A DNA stretch of 64,000 bases, taken from NCBI GenBank assembly GCA_002633005.1, contig NMRA01000090.1:298752-362751 (forward strand), in the 5' to 3' direction. The stretch's first letter is position 1. The number at the start of each line of letters is the position of its first letter. This stretch comes from Phoronis australis. Its lineage: Eukaryota > Animalia > Phoronida. This document shows, piece after piece, positions 27,423 to 39,170 of this stretch. The position numbers and the translations under genes were made by a program. The notes below the pieces were generated by a model. It made no database searches, was not told where the DNA came from, and was given only the letters and a program-made list of their open reading frames with translations.

Positions 27423-27626
27423 GATGATGGTGGTGATCTATGTAATCACGATGACGGTGGTGATGAATGTAATCACGATGATGGTGGTGATCTATGTAAT
27501 CACGATGTCAGTGGTGATGAATGTAATCACGATGACGGTGGTGGTGAATGTAATCCCGATGATGGTGGTGATCCATGTAATCACGATGTCAGTGGTGATC
27601 AATGTAATCACGATGACGGTGGTGAT
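27423..27626. repeat. 27-bp minisatellite, ~7.5 copies
   Basis: Unit GATGAYGGTGGTGATNNATGTAATCAC. Confidence 0.9.
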
Positions 27627-27684
27627 TAAAGCAATTACTGGATGGCAATAACACTGTGCTTAACAAAATTAATTAAACAGGCAC

Positions 27685-27912
27685 CTTGTAAACATGCACA
27701 AGAAAAACCTCCCGTTTCCAAATCGTTGCAAACTGCATTTGGTCCACATGGATTGCGTCCACTTTCGTCACATACTTTAATTCTAATCTCACAATGGTCG
27801 CCTCGATATCCTGGTTCACACTTGCAGTCTCTCGACCGTCTCCGCAATCTGTGGTGCTTTTTTTCTTCGCAGAAACCGCCGTGTTGACAATGGTTGTGTC
27901 GGTGACAAGGAG
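27685..27912 (-). CDS. EGF-repeat membrane protein exon (one EGF plus most of a second)
   Basis: PCHRHNHCQHGGFCEEKKHHRLRRRSRDCKCEPGYRGDHCE...CGPNAVC..FSCACLQ; donor CAAG|gtgcct is phase 1, in frame with 21910; acceptor uncertain (AAG). Confidence 0.85.
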
Positions 27913-30090
27913 CTTGGGTGACCGAAAATCAACAATGGATATCTAGTAGTTACATTAAGATTATGTACGACCTTGTCGACAAATCTTTTTTGGAAAACTA
28001 TAACTTTTAATTCAGTAAAGGTTAATATATATTCTGAACTTAAAGATTTGATTGTCTACTTTTTACAGATCTGTCACTAATTGTGTCAGGTGACCATGTC
28101 TTTTAGTCAATTTTAGCAAAAAAAGTACATCTGTAGCAAGACAACAGTAGCACGACCAAATTTCATTTCATACAAGTGTGCAAGATAAAATATGAAAAAG
28201 CTGATACAATTTTCTGAATTAATATTTTGTTTTGCAACTTCTGATATTTTTTCATGAAAATCGTAAGAAATCTGCCTTTTAACAGCCACTCATGAAAAAT
28301 TAGAACATTTAGAAGACAATTCTTAACAGCGTTTTGGAGACCATAGCATAAAGCCTACAATCATTTCTGAAAAAAAAATGTTCAGAATTTAACAAAATAG
28401 GGGCCTAAAATGTGTGTCACGTTAAACAAATTTTCGAAAAGTAACACTCCACATACATACATATTAGGGATTAAACATTCGTTATGACACGACCGTAGAT
28501 GCTGTAAATGTATTAGCGCAGACGCTATTTTTTCTTTTTGAGAAAAATATGATATTTGGTATACAGTTCCTTCAGCATAAGCAGAACCCAACGCTGTCTC
28601 TGCCATCATTGATTAAAAAATGGTCGTTTGTTTTTTCGCAAGTTGACGGAATAATTTCGAGGTAAAAATACGTAAGGAACGATAAAACTGCTGACACAGA
28701 AAATTATGACTCTTCTCTGCAGGTATCTATATGCTCTTAGCCTGTGATGCGTGTGAGGTTAGCTTCATTATCCGATGGCCGATACGAAGTGGTCGCCGCT
28801 CATTGGTTTTTAGAATTGTCCGATCGACCTCTCTCTCCCTCTCCCTACTTCTCCCCCTCCTCTGCAACCGAACCCTGCCTCTCTCCCACCAAGTAATCAA
28901 GCATGTGTTTTAGTGTTTTAATCGTTGTCTCTCACCTCCTGTCCTCTCCAGGTTGTTGGTCCTGTAGACTGAATACATGCCCTTTCCCCCACATACTTCA
29001 TTCTGATCTCCAACACAGAAAATCGAGCATAGGTCGTTAGGTACAGGTTTTAGGAATGTCAGGGCGTTGGCCGTTCGACAGCATCCGCATCGATTTCTAA
29101 ATATGATTAATAGTACTATACATTTTATTGCTGTTACGTGATTTTGTATTTTTCTTGTTCTATGCTGATAAGCATTTGCTGAAGATGTATGATAAATCTG
29201 GCGTTAAATTTATATAATCTCGCAAGCTAAAACGATTAAAGCAACAATCAATAACATTTTGGCGTTAAAACTTTCCTCATACATGTAGGCGTATGAATTT
29301 TGTTCTTCCAAAGCAACCCCATAACAGAAATTTTCACTAAACAGAGAGAGACACACTTTGCTGAATAGCCGTACAGAAATCGTTGTTTTATGACATTGAC
29401 GAGCTGGTAAAACATTTGAACATGGTTTACCATTTCAAATAACAGATTATTCAATTTAAAAACAGTTGTTTTTTTGGTTATTTTTGACATCGCTTATGTT
29501 ACGAAAAACATAATACTAGCCGTACTATTTTTTATTTTACCTCCCATAGCAGCCATATAAAGTCTCATAACGCGTTGGTTACGAATTTTTGGCTCTAGGT
29601 GATCTATCAAGTTCTAAAAACATGTAATGGGCAAAAAATCTTCATGTTTGCTTTCTTGATTTTTGAGCTTCGACTAATTTTGAAATGTTAGCGCCATATT
29701 GAAATGACGGCCATTTAACTGGGTGTATCGAGAGATTATTACATGAAAAATGCCATGGGCCAAATGCAAACGAAGCCTTGTGTATGGATTGACAGGGAAA
29801 AGTTTAGCATTTCTCGTCTGTCCTCAAGTATTGCTCTTTCTTGGCAAATGTCATGCTTCACATTTTTGAAGTTGATTTTTAGTGTCGATCTATCTGAAAC
29901 TGTTGATCGAGTAAATCACAATAAACGTCCATATTTGAGAGTCGACTTTGTTACGGCCTAAAATAAAATTTTCTCGTCACATGCCAAATGGCAACTGGAT
30001 CTCATATGCAAGAGATTATTTAGTTGTGCAAAATGAAAAAATGAATTATCAAAACCCCATCGTGTTTGAGAAATTTATGTATTTTTGTCT

Positions 30091-32613
30091 CCCATTTGTG
30101 CCCAACTACGCGTTTTCACTGCATATTCAGATATTATGTGCCTTTAGACATACAATGAACATAATGAATAAGGAAAAATGGAAAGAAGTTTTTATTTTAC
30201 GTTTTTTTGACGTTTTTATTTTCGTCCCACAAAAGGGACGCTGGGCACATGTGGGGTCTATAAACCACCAATAGAAATGCCTACTAAAACCAGTAAAAAT
30301 GAAAGATGTAGTATGATATTGATTGTTTTTAGATGCTAAGATATTGTAGAAAGTAAAATAAAAGACAAAAATTCATGAGAATATTGTATCAAGTATCTTT
30401 ATTGTGCAACATGAAATGCCATAAAGCATTTGTCGTGAAGGCTAACATCGCATTTCACACAAAAACGCTTTGTCTTCATTTTACAAACTGCACATCGCCT
30501 CTGGGTGTCTCTTGTGCTAATGAAGTGGTCCACTCTGTCAAATCTGACATCAGGCAATACTTTCTTTGAGCAAGGCACGGATTTAGGAACATACTGAGTG
30601 ACTCGTTTCCCCTTCATAAGCAACACGTTAGCAATTTCGCGCCGAACCTCCAGGAGATCTTTGTGCTGCTCCTTTCCACTTTCGGTTGCTCTGTAGAGGT
30701 GCCATGCTTGCTGTACACAAAGATCTAGACAATAGGCGAAAATCGGCCACCACCATTTCTTTGATCGTATCGAGACCCTGTACTTATCTATGTTTTGATC
30801 CATTCTGTCGACGCCACCCATGGTTTGGTTGTAGTGACTTATCACAAAGGGTTGGTCAATCCGTATGCGCTGGCTCTCTGCGCGAGACCATCTTTTTGCC
30901 CTTTGTAAGGGGGCAACTCCGTGAAGATTGGACACTATATTGACAATGCCGTTGTCATTCCACCTGACAACACAAAGATTATTTGCTGCATCGTATGAGT
31001 AGTCATATGTACCACGAGGTGTCTTCTGGAACTCCTTCACTGCTGTCAGGGGACAGTCTCCCAGACGATTTGCACGGATTGTGCCAGTGCAGGCAATGCC
31101 TTGTCTCGAGAGCTCGTCAACCAAGTCCAGTGAGGTGAACAAGTTGTCAAAGGTCAGGTGGTATGGTCTGTCCTTTGGTAGCTCAGCCAACAGATCAAGC
31201 ACGACTCCACCCCCCATACCAAACCCTGCGGTGTCACCCGTCTGCTGACCTCGTTTTCCTTGATATGGTTCAAACTGAACCACGTATCCTAAAGCAGTGG
31301 TCAACGCCCAGATTTTGAATCCGAATCTGATGGGTTTGCCGCGAATAAACTGTTTGGCCCCGTGTCGCCCGTAGTAGGGGATCATTGACTCGTCAATTGA
31401 CAAGTTTTGCTCTCGGCTGAAATAGATGAGACATTTCTCATTGATAGCCGCCATCAGAGGTCTCACCTTTCCCATTTTGTCAGCGCCATCCAGGCGATTA
31501 TTGTCTACTAAATGCAAGTAACGCATTATTGTCTCGAACCTGTTGCGAGACATAGTGTTGGCTACTGCTGTGTTGTGCAAATCATCGTCAAGAGACCAAT
31601 ACATTCTGCGCCTAGGTGTCGATGAGTATCCGGATACCAGGAGTATGCCAATGAATGATTTCATCTCATCTTGGGTAACAGTGAAATCATGAGCACCTTT
31701 AGTTCCAGCATAGCGCACCGTCTCTGACACAATCATATCAATTACATCATCAGAAAAAAACAACTCGAACAATCCTGCTGGAGTCTGCGGTAAGTTGTCA
31801 AAGTTTGCTGTTGGTTGTTGACGCCACAGAAATTTGTCATGGGCTGTGATGTCCTGTTTGACCCAGGTTCTTGCAGTCTTTTGCTTTTTTGCCTTTTTGG
31901 CAGTACTGTTTGCTCTTTGTTGTTTGGGTGGAGGTGGTTCATCATCAGAGCTGTCACTGCTGTCTTCCATTCGTTGACGTGTGCTGTTGATAACGGTTAC
32001 AGACGCTGCAGCAGTAAGGAGACGACCAGGAAGATTATCTATATTTCCACCGCTGTCTTCATCTCCACTGTCCTCATCTGTTATATCACCATCTGAAGGT
32101 GGGCTCATAAAAATGTCAGCCCGTTGAAATGCTCCATCATCTTCCAGCATTGCAACAGCATCATTTACAGTAAGATTTCTGCCAAATAAAATGAGAATAA
32201 TGATATTACCAGGAGCAACCATTTGTGCCCAGCGTCCCTTTTGTGGGACGTTTGCAAAGGGCATTTATTTTTTACACAATTTGTGAAAACAAATAATTAA
32301 AACTTTCTATGAACTCTAGATACATTATTCTACTAAGTGAATTGCAATAAAATGAAAATTTCATGATTTGAATAAAATTTTTGCTTACCTTCTTTGAGAC
32401 ATGTTGAAAACCTTTAAACCATGCAGGCGTGGCGTCACAATAGCACAATTACGTGAGTAAAAGTGGAGATAATTCCAATTGTTGCAAATGACCTTCTGCG
32501 TACATTCCCAAGCAAACACTTCACCAGAGTAAATCCAGATAGAATTGAATTTTCGTTAATTTAGGACAGCATTTTTGTAGTGTCCCACAAATGGGACGCT
32601 GGGCATAAATGGA
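30091..32613 (-). mobile_element. piggyBac transposon, PGBD3/MER85-like (2523 bp)
   Basis: 13-bp TIRs CCCATTTGTGCCC / GGGCATAAATGGA; 16-bp palindromes GTCCC..GGGAC at 30224-30239, 32234-32249 and 32582-32597; intact transposase. Confidence 0.92.
30399..32402 (-). CDS. piggyBac transposase (PGBD3-like), 597 aa, join(32389..32402, 30399..32178)
   Basis: ATG TCT CAA AGA AG|gtaagc ... tttatttggcag|A AAT gives MSQRRNLTVNDAVAMLE; DDD motifs SIDESM, FDNLFTS, GGVDRMDQ; C-terminal Cys-rich domain; AATAAA overlaps the stop codon. Confidence 0.93.
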
Positions 32614-33009
32614 TTGCATTTTTAGCACCACGAGTGACCATTTTAAAATTCCAAGTTTCAAGTGTCAACAGTAGAAAATATCTACTCTATTAAGTATGTA
32701 ATTGTTTTGATATGACTGAAGTCAGTTTTAGAATCACTTATATGGAGTTGTGCTCAGTCATTGAGAAATGGCAGGGTTATCCTAAAACAGGAACTTCGTA
32801 CAAAATTTGTTGTTTCTGTGTTTTTCCATCTCTCATCTGCTGTAATTAAGGTTAAAAAGTAAAGTTAACACTCTCTAATAAAAAGGAATTGCAAAATATG
32901 TTAGCTTGGGCAACGCAGCAAATCATTGAATATTAAAAAAAAACAAAACAATAGTTTGGATGTTAACTGGGTTCTACTCTGTTGAAAAATGGTCAAAAGG
33001 GCTAAAAAA

Positions 33010-33491
33010 TGTAGTGTACGTGCCCCAAATGAAATTCAGTAACACAAATGAACTTAAAACACGATGCTTATCATTAGTGAAAAATAAATGCTCATACCGC
33101 AAAATCTTACCATGTGATGTAGAAACAGTGATGTTGTGTACGTACCTCTTTTTTAGTGTACGTACTCCAATGTTAACAAATGCCATGACAATAAAATATT
33201 CCTTGGTAACTGAGCAACAGATAGTTTCCTCGCTTAAAAGTGTTAGGTTAAAAGGGTGTTTATTACAAATACTTTTGTTTTGAGTGAAATATTGGCATTT
33301 ATGTAGCGCACGTACCTCTATATTTTAACATGTGCTTTTTCAAAGAAAAATAAATGACGTACTTTTTGTTTGTTCTCTTTGAATAGATTTGGAAAATGAA
33401 ATAACTCTCAGTAGATTCTAAGTATTTAGTTATGAGCTTCACTTGTTATTGAAATGTAGTGTACGCACCCCTGTGTAGTGTACGCACCTTC
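33010..33491. repeat. Array of TGTAGTGTACGYACC motifs, probably subterminal repeats of a non-autonomous DNA transposon
   Basis: About six copies at ~33010, 33132, 33151, 33302, 33455 and 33474. Confidence 0.5.
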
Positions 33492-35809
33492 AAACTTTGT
33501 GCTATAAAGCATTGCCTAAAAGTACTTATACATACTGCTGTTCTCGTGAGCAATACTGTTATATCCTAAATGCATCTGGTCTGATAAAAAACAATAGATA
33601 TTATCAAACTTGTGGGCAACTGAAAGGATTATTCTAAAACTCTCGACCCCATTGACCCCACATCCCACAACCCCTTCGATCCACGACCCCCTCGACCCAC
33701 GACCCACGACACCCTCGACCCGCGTCCCACAACCCCCTCGACTTAGTCTACACAAGTTCGACTCGATGTGAACATACAAGTGCTGACTTGCAGGACCAAC
33801 GAGTTGGGCCGTGAACTCGGCTGGCTTTTCCCTTTTTGTTTCGCAATTAAGAGAATCGATTCGACAATTTTGAAAGGCGAAAACTGAAAAAAACAACCCG
33901 ACCAAATCAAATCAAATACCTACCAACGTTAGAAATGTCGTTCCCGGCAAAGTGTAATCGTCTCGTCTGCTCTTCAGTGAACGACAGATTCAAGCTTTTT
34001 GGGAGAGTGTGAGGAACCAACAAATATGTAATTTCTTCAGTAAATACAGTTTGAAAAAACAAACTGTTGACTAAAAAGTATCCCAACGTTACATGGAGTA
34101 TATTGCAATCGACTATATAACAGAAAGCAAATAGTAAAATATGAGATTATGTTAATTCACGTTAACGTACTCTCCTCCTAAATTTAGTAGAACAGGGCCA
34201 TTGATAGCCGCTCGTGGAGTTACTAGTTCTCCGAATACCATGCATGCAGAGCTCAAAGACCCTACAGCTATGGTGATGACCTGTTTACTATTTCCGGTCA
34301 TTTTTGTTGCAATCATTTCACTTCATGTATGTGACCTGTCTCGTATCCGACACTTGATGTGTGATTGCTTGTATCCTGATGATTTCTAATGAATAGACAA
34401 AACGTCGAATTAATATGAACTTTTTCATTGGTGTGGCCATGCTCCGTTTTTGATTTTTGCATGATAGAAGTGGGTTGTGACCATAAGTTGTAGGGTACGT
34501 ACCCTTTTACACAACTGTGATGCACCAGGCCATAAAATTCTTTTCTGTGGTTCTTGTGCAAAAGTATTAAATTTTAGATTACAAACCTGGAGTGATGGTA
34601 CTTTAAACTAACTCTGCTTTTAAAGTTATATGACATTATTCCTTTTTCACTAAAAGTGGCCATCGAATATGGACCTTGACTGTGATCTAAACCTTGACTA
34701 CACTATAGAAAAAGTAAAGAAATATTGAATAAAAAATAATGACCTAGTTTACAAAATCATCAATCCGCAATCCAGACAATTAATTGAACGTCTTGAACTG
34801 TAATGTTTTTCAGGATTGTCTGCCGTTGCAAAATGATAGGATGAAGATAACTGAAATGATACTAAACTTTTCACAAGGAGATTGTAAAATGGACATTTTA
34901 TCAAATCTCTTAAGCTATCTTGGTTCCACAGATAAATTGCTGTTGCAACATCACTCAAAATCTACTGATTCTCACGTCATCGGATATTTTCTGTAGTAAA
35001 CTATATGAATCAGATATGAAATCAAAATGATTCTTTATTTGCAGTGGCGAATTTACGTTTTCGCTAAGGGGGGGGGTTAGGATTCCGGCAAAGGTCGATT
35101 CCGAGGCGCGNAAAAACGTCAAACAAATCATCTGAAAACAGTTTCACGAAAACAAAACATCCTGTACACAGTGGTGAAAAGATATACAGGAGCAGTTCGC
35201 AGAGGGACCAGATGTACACTGAGAGTACACAAAAACTCTGGCCTGGTCCGTCACGAGACCAAAAGTACACCTGTGCTTATTATCCCTATAAAAATAGTCG
35301 ATCTGTCGCGGGACCAAACAGTACTGGCTGAGATAAATAGTTTTACAAAGCACACTCTGGTAAAAAACATCACAAGACTAGTTCGCTGAGGGACCAGAAG
35401 TACACTGAAACTCGATATCTACACAAAACAAGCTGGCCTGGTCCCTCGTGAGACTTAAAGCGCACTTTTCAAAAAAAATTTGGATTGAAAACTTCTCTCT
35501 AGACACTTTTTAATCCCCAGTGGTTGCTCATATGTGTAGTTTACACATCTGGTGGTCAACTGCTGCGAGAGGTTGTCTAGGAAGGGTTTTCGCACCGTTC
35601 TGTAGTACTCACAAAGTGAAATAGATTTTGGATACGAAGCAGATAGACTCAAGTGGAAATACAAACCAGAATCAGTTTCTGTGCGCTCGCAGACCCTCTG
35701 CTGTACTGGGTAAATTTGGCATGTCCAAAAATAATTTCTATTTCGTTTTCATTGTACACAAGCATAAAAAACCGACATTATATGCAAACTGTGCAGAATT
35801 ATAACTTAT

Positions 35810-36150
35810 TACCTGGGTGTTTCTCCAGTAACGTTGGTCCTATCTTTCTATTGTCTAGACTGCCGAGGGATCTGTATATCGGATCCAAAGATTTGCTCGT
35901 CTTGGAACCATTCTACCCAGACATTATCAACGTTTGTTCCCAACACTTGCACTTCGTCAACTGCTGTGTCAATGAGCTTGTAGGCCTAAGCCTCTACAAT
36001 GTCAGCATCTAGTTTCGCAGCTCAGATGGCACTAAGTCCCCTGAGGTTACGAAGTCCATTCAAAAGACTTACAGCATGTGCAACTAAATTTGATCCGTTC
36101 ATCATGGATGACTTCAAACCTTGACGATGTATCCCAGGACCTATTTGCAT
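35810..36150 (-). pseudogene. Decayed hAT transposase fragment (ZMYM1/P52rIPK-like)
   Basis: LRGLSA..DADIVEA*AYKLIDTAVDEVQ..NVDNVWVEWF..PRQSRQ*..NV.GETP with stops; hAT-like ends CAGTGGCGAATTTAC (35042) and GTAGATCCGCCACTG (37105). Confidence 0.6.
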
Positions 36151-38285
36151 CTCTTGCAATTTTCGAAATAAACGTCCCAATATCTGAGCGCTTGAAACCC
36201 GAAGTACTAACATCAAATAAATGCCCATGGGCATGGGCGTTTCGTCGGGTGCGCCTTTCTGCGGAAATTCCCAGTATAGAAGACAGCAGTGGTGCTTATT
36301 GCAGGTAGAAAGACGGTAGGTGTTGAGGTCGGCACTAGGGCTCCTTAGGAGGCCTATTGAACATCGCACGAGTTCCGCAATTTCTGTTTCTGTACACTGT
36401 TCGCGAATGCGGTCACTTTGTCAATGTGAGTGCCCCCTTGGTCATTCCTTGTATAGACAAAACTTGTTAGAGTGCATCTTCAAATAGACTCGCGATCAGA
36501 CCACGGCGCCGCCACAATAGCAATTCTTCGAAAAACGATTTTTTTTCAAAAATCTAGTATTACATGTACATGTACACTGTATGATATTGCGCAAGACAAC
36601 TTTACTATACATCAGTCAAATTCGAGTTACAAACGTGTGGGGGTGTAATAGAATGACACGACGTGACAAATGAGGTAAAAACGTGGCACGTCAATTCGGT
36701 TGAATATCAGGGTTGCGGCACCACAGTATTTCCCCTAATCAAATCAAAACATATCTTTGAGTAAAGAAACTAGTTACCTAAAGAAATCAGTTATAGAGCT
36801 GCTCTTTCAACGGTGGATCCATCTAAAATGCTTGGCTACTTCAGAAGTGTCGACGGAAGCGCGTGCACAATTGATCTCCGGGGTTTTGTCGATGAGCCAA
36901 GAAGACTCCAAATGCGTCGATTTTCATGACAGCAATTCACAATGCAAAAAATATATATTTTCAGAGTGAACCCCCCCTCAATTTTTCCAAGTTTGTTTAC
37001 TTGGAGTTTACACACACTGGCGCTGCCGTTTTTGTTTTTTTTAATTTTTGGGTCCTGGCCCGAGGGGGGTTAAACTCCCTGAACACCCCTGTAGATCCGC
37101 CACTGCTACTGTAATGGTAGCGAACTTGTGGTGTCGTTCTTCGTTTTATACATTTTTCATTTTCACCCAGAACATTACACGAAAAGTCCACTATGAGGAG
37201 AAAATGACCATAAATTTAGATAATAATAGTAATAGATAGTAATACTAATAAAAAAATCACACATATGGCCAGGGAAAATTTATCGAAAAGGAACAAAAAG
37301 TTCACATGAAACCATTTTTTGTAAAATATCCAACACGTAAAACTCTTATTGGAGGAGAGTTTATTTCTCATTTTTTTTTCTTTCCTTGTCCCCTTTTTCC
37401 TGCTTAATTGCCCTCCTAAATCGACAAGTATTGGGGGGTCACACCTCCGACACACCCAAGAAGTTACACGTCTTGTAGGCATTGACATGTTCGGCAAGTC
37501 TTCTTCAAATTCAGGGTCCATAACTAGCACTACGAAATAAACCCTCGAGTCACCACCACGTTTGCCATCAGATCGCCATAAATTCCAGAGTTCCTTTCCG
37601 CGACGCGAATTATTGTAGGCAGGGTGTTCCTAGGCATGACTTGAGGGACTCACCGGAATGCCGTTTTGTGGCCTTCATGAAGATTTGTCCTTTGAAAATT
37701 GTGGTCGGCCCGTCAGCGCAACTCATCCCGGTCCTAAATATTGGGGCAAGTTACGATATCCTCGGTTCACCTTAGTTACAGCAAAGCAAGCTTACACGTT
37801 TGCAAAGCCCCCGGAGCCAACTGACCTATCGCAAGATCCGCTCCCTTGCGAAAACTCGCGGGGCACCCGAAAAACAAACAAGTTTTACCCGACAACGTGC
37901 TGTTGTTTGTCGGGTAAAATGGCAGCTAGGAAATGAAGTGTGTCAAGAATTCAGTGTTGTGATTGGTCAGTAAAGCCGTCACACAAAATGCTAGTAATAC
38001 GTAAACGGGAAGGTACGTGTACATATATGCTTCCTCAACATTCGCAATCACTACTGTAGTAGTGTGTGGATATAGGACCTAGTGGTCACCAGCCAAACTA
38101 TCAAGGGCAATGTGATCAATACTCCCATACATCATCATTATATTCGTTATGTGAGAAAAAGTAATGCATTGCAAGGATTCCACTTTGAAAACTCACCATA
38201 TTTCGATTTCTGACGTTTGACTGTTATCAGTTGACAAACTTATTTGGCCCCAGCCACTGGTGTGTTGATCAACAGATGTACTTAC

Positions 38286-38617
38286 CCTTCTGAGAGAACA
38301 ATATATCGCTTAGTTCGACAATGTTTTGCACATTTTTCAATTGTCATATCCTTGGATGTAATTTGATTTTCTATTCCTGTTTCAAATTCTACATCGTACG
38401 ACCCCATTCCAAATGCGTTCGTCAAAAGACATGAATACTTGCTAACACTAAGCTTTGATGATCTGGCTCTCCTTCGAGTCCTTTCTTGGTATTGATCACG
38501 ATGTAAGTACCATGTATTATCGAATTTCCTGGACTCTGATGCTTTTGCTGTTGTCAGAACTTCAAGGAAAAAGTCTGTGACAAGAAAGAATTGCATTACC
38601 GAATGACGACTGACCAT
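38286..38617 (-). CDS. Probable first coding exon of the EGF gene: weak signal peptide, RRRAR, N-half of a WSC-like domain
   Basis: acaaaATGG context; SKDMTIEKCAKHCRTKRY resembles WSC MT.E.C...C...GY; strong donor GG|gtaagt; link to the EGF gene is inferred. Confidence 0.5.
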
Positions 38618-39024
38618 TTTGTTTAATCCATGAATGTAGGTCTGCTATGAACGACAATAACCATTCACAGCAATGTAGCGTGCAATCTGTGATTCGCCTG
38701 CGCGTGCACCAGTCTGAAAATATTTCAGTGTTTTTCGCTTGTCAGCATAGCAAGCCTACTAAGTTTAAACTTTAAGTTATCTTTGGACATGATTAGAGTG
38801 TGACTGACCTTCAGTGGAGAACAAATCATCGAAAGTATGCTCATAGTACTCGAAACGTGTTTTGCGGGAACATTCAACATGAATCATTATTCCACCGTTT
38901 CATCAGGCGTGTTCTGTAAACACGAGCTTTCCTGAAAAAGCAACAGATCACGCAATACTTCACGAGATATTGCGTAGCACGTGATTACTCATTCTTTGCG
39001 AGGTTCTCTCGTCTACGGAACTCA

Positions 39025-39170
39025 CATGGGCGGCGCATCAGTGAAAAAAGTGGGGCCCGGGCTAAAGCCCCCTCAGCCCCCCTGTGGTGCAACGCCTATA
39101 GACCATGTGTGGCGTAGCACTGAAAAAAGTGGGGCTATAGCCCCCAGCCCCCTATGGTGCGCCGCCCATG
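39025..39170. repeat. Tandem pair of GC-rich mini-MITEs (family of 25357-25481)
   Basis: CATGGGCGGCGCATCA ... TGGTGCGCCGCCCATG. Confidence 0.6.

Noticed and set aside
27423-27626. CRISPR-like array
   Set aside because: Head-to-tail repeats with no unique spacers, eukaryotic context, no cas genes
32179-32264. ORF-track N-terminus MPFANVPQKGRW... of the piggyBac transposase
   Set aside because: It runs through the palindrome and polypyrimidine tract; the spliced start at 32402 fits better
35042-37105. One complete hAT element bounded by CAGTGGCG TIRs
   Set aside because: No 8-bp TSD match (TTTATTTG versus CTACTGTA) and an N join at 35111 lies between the ends
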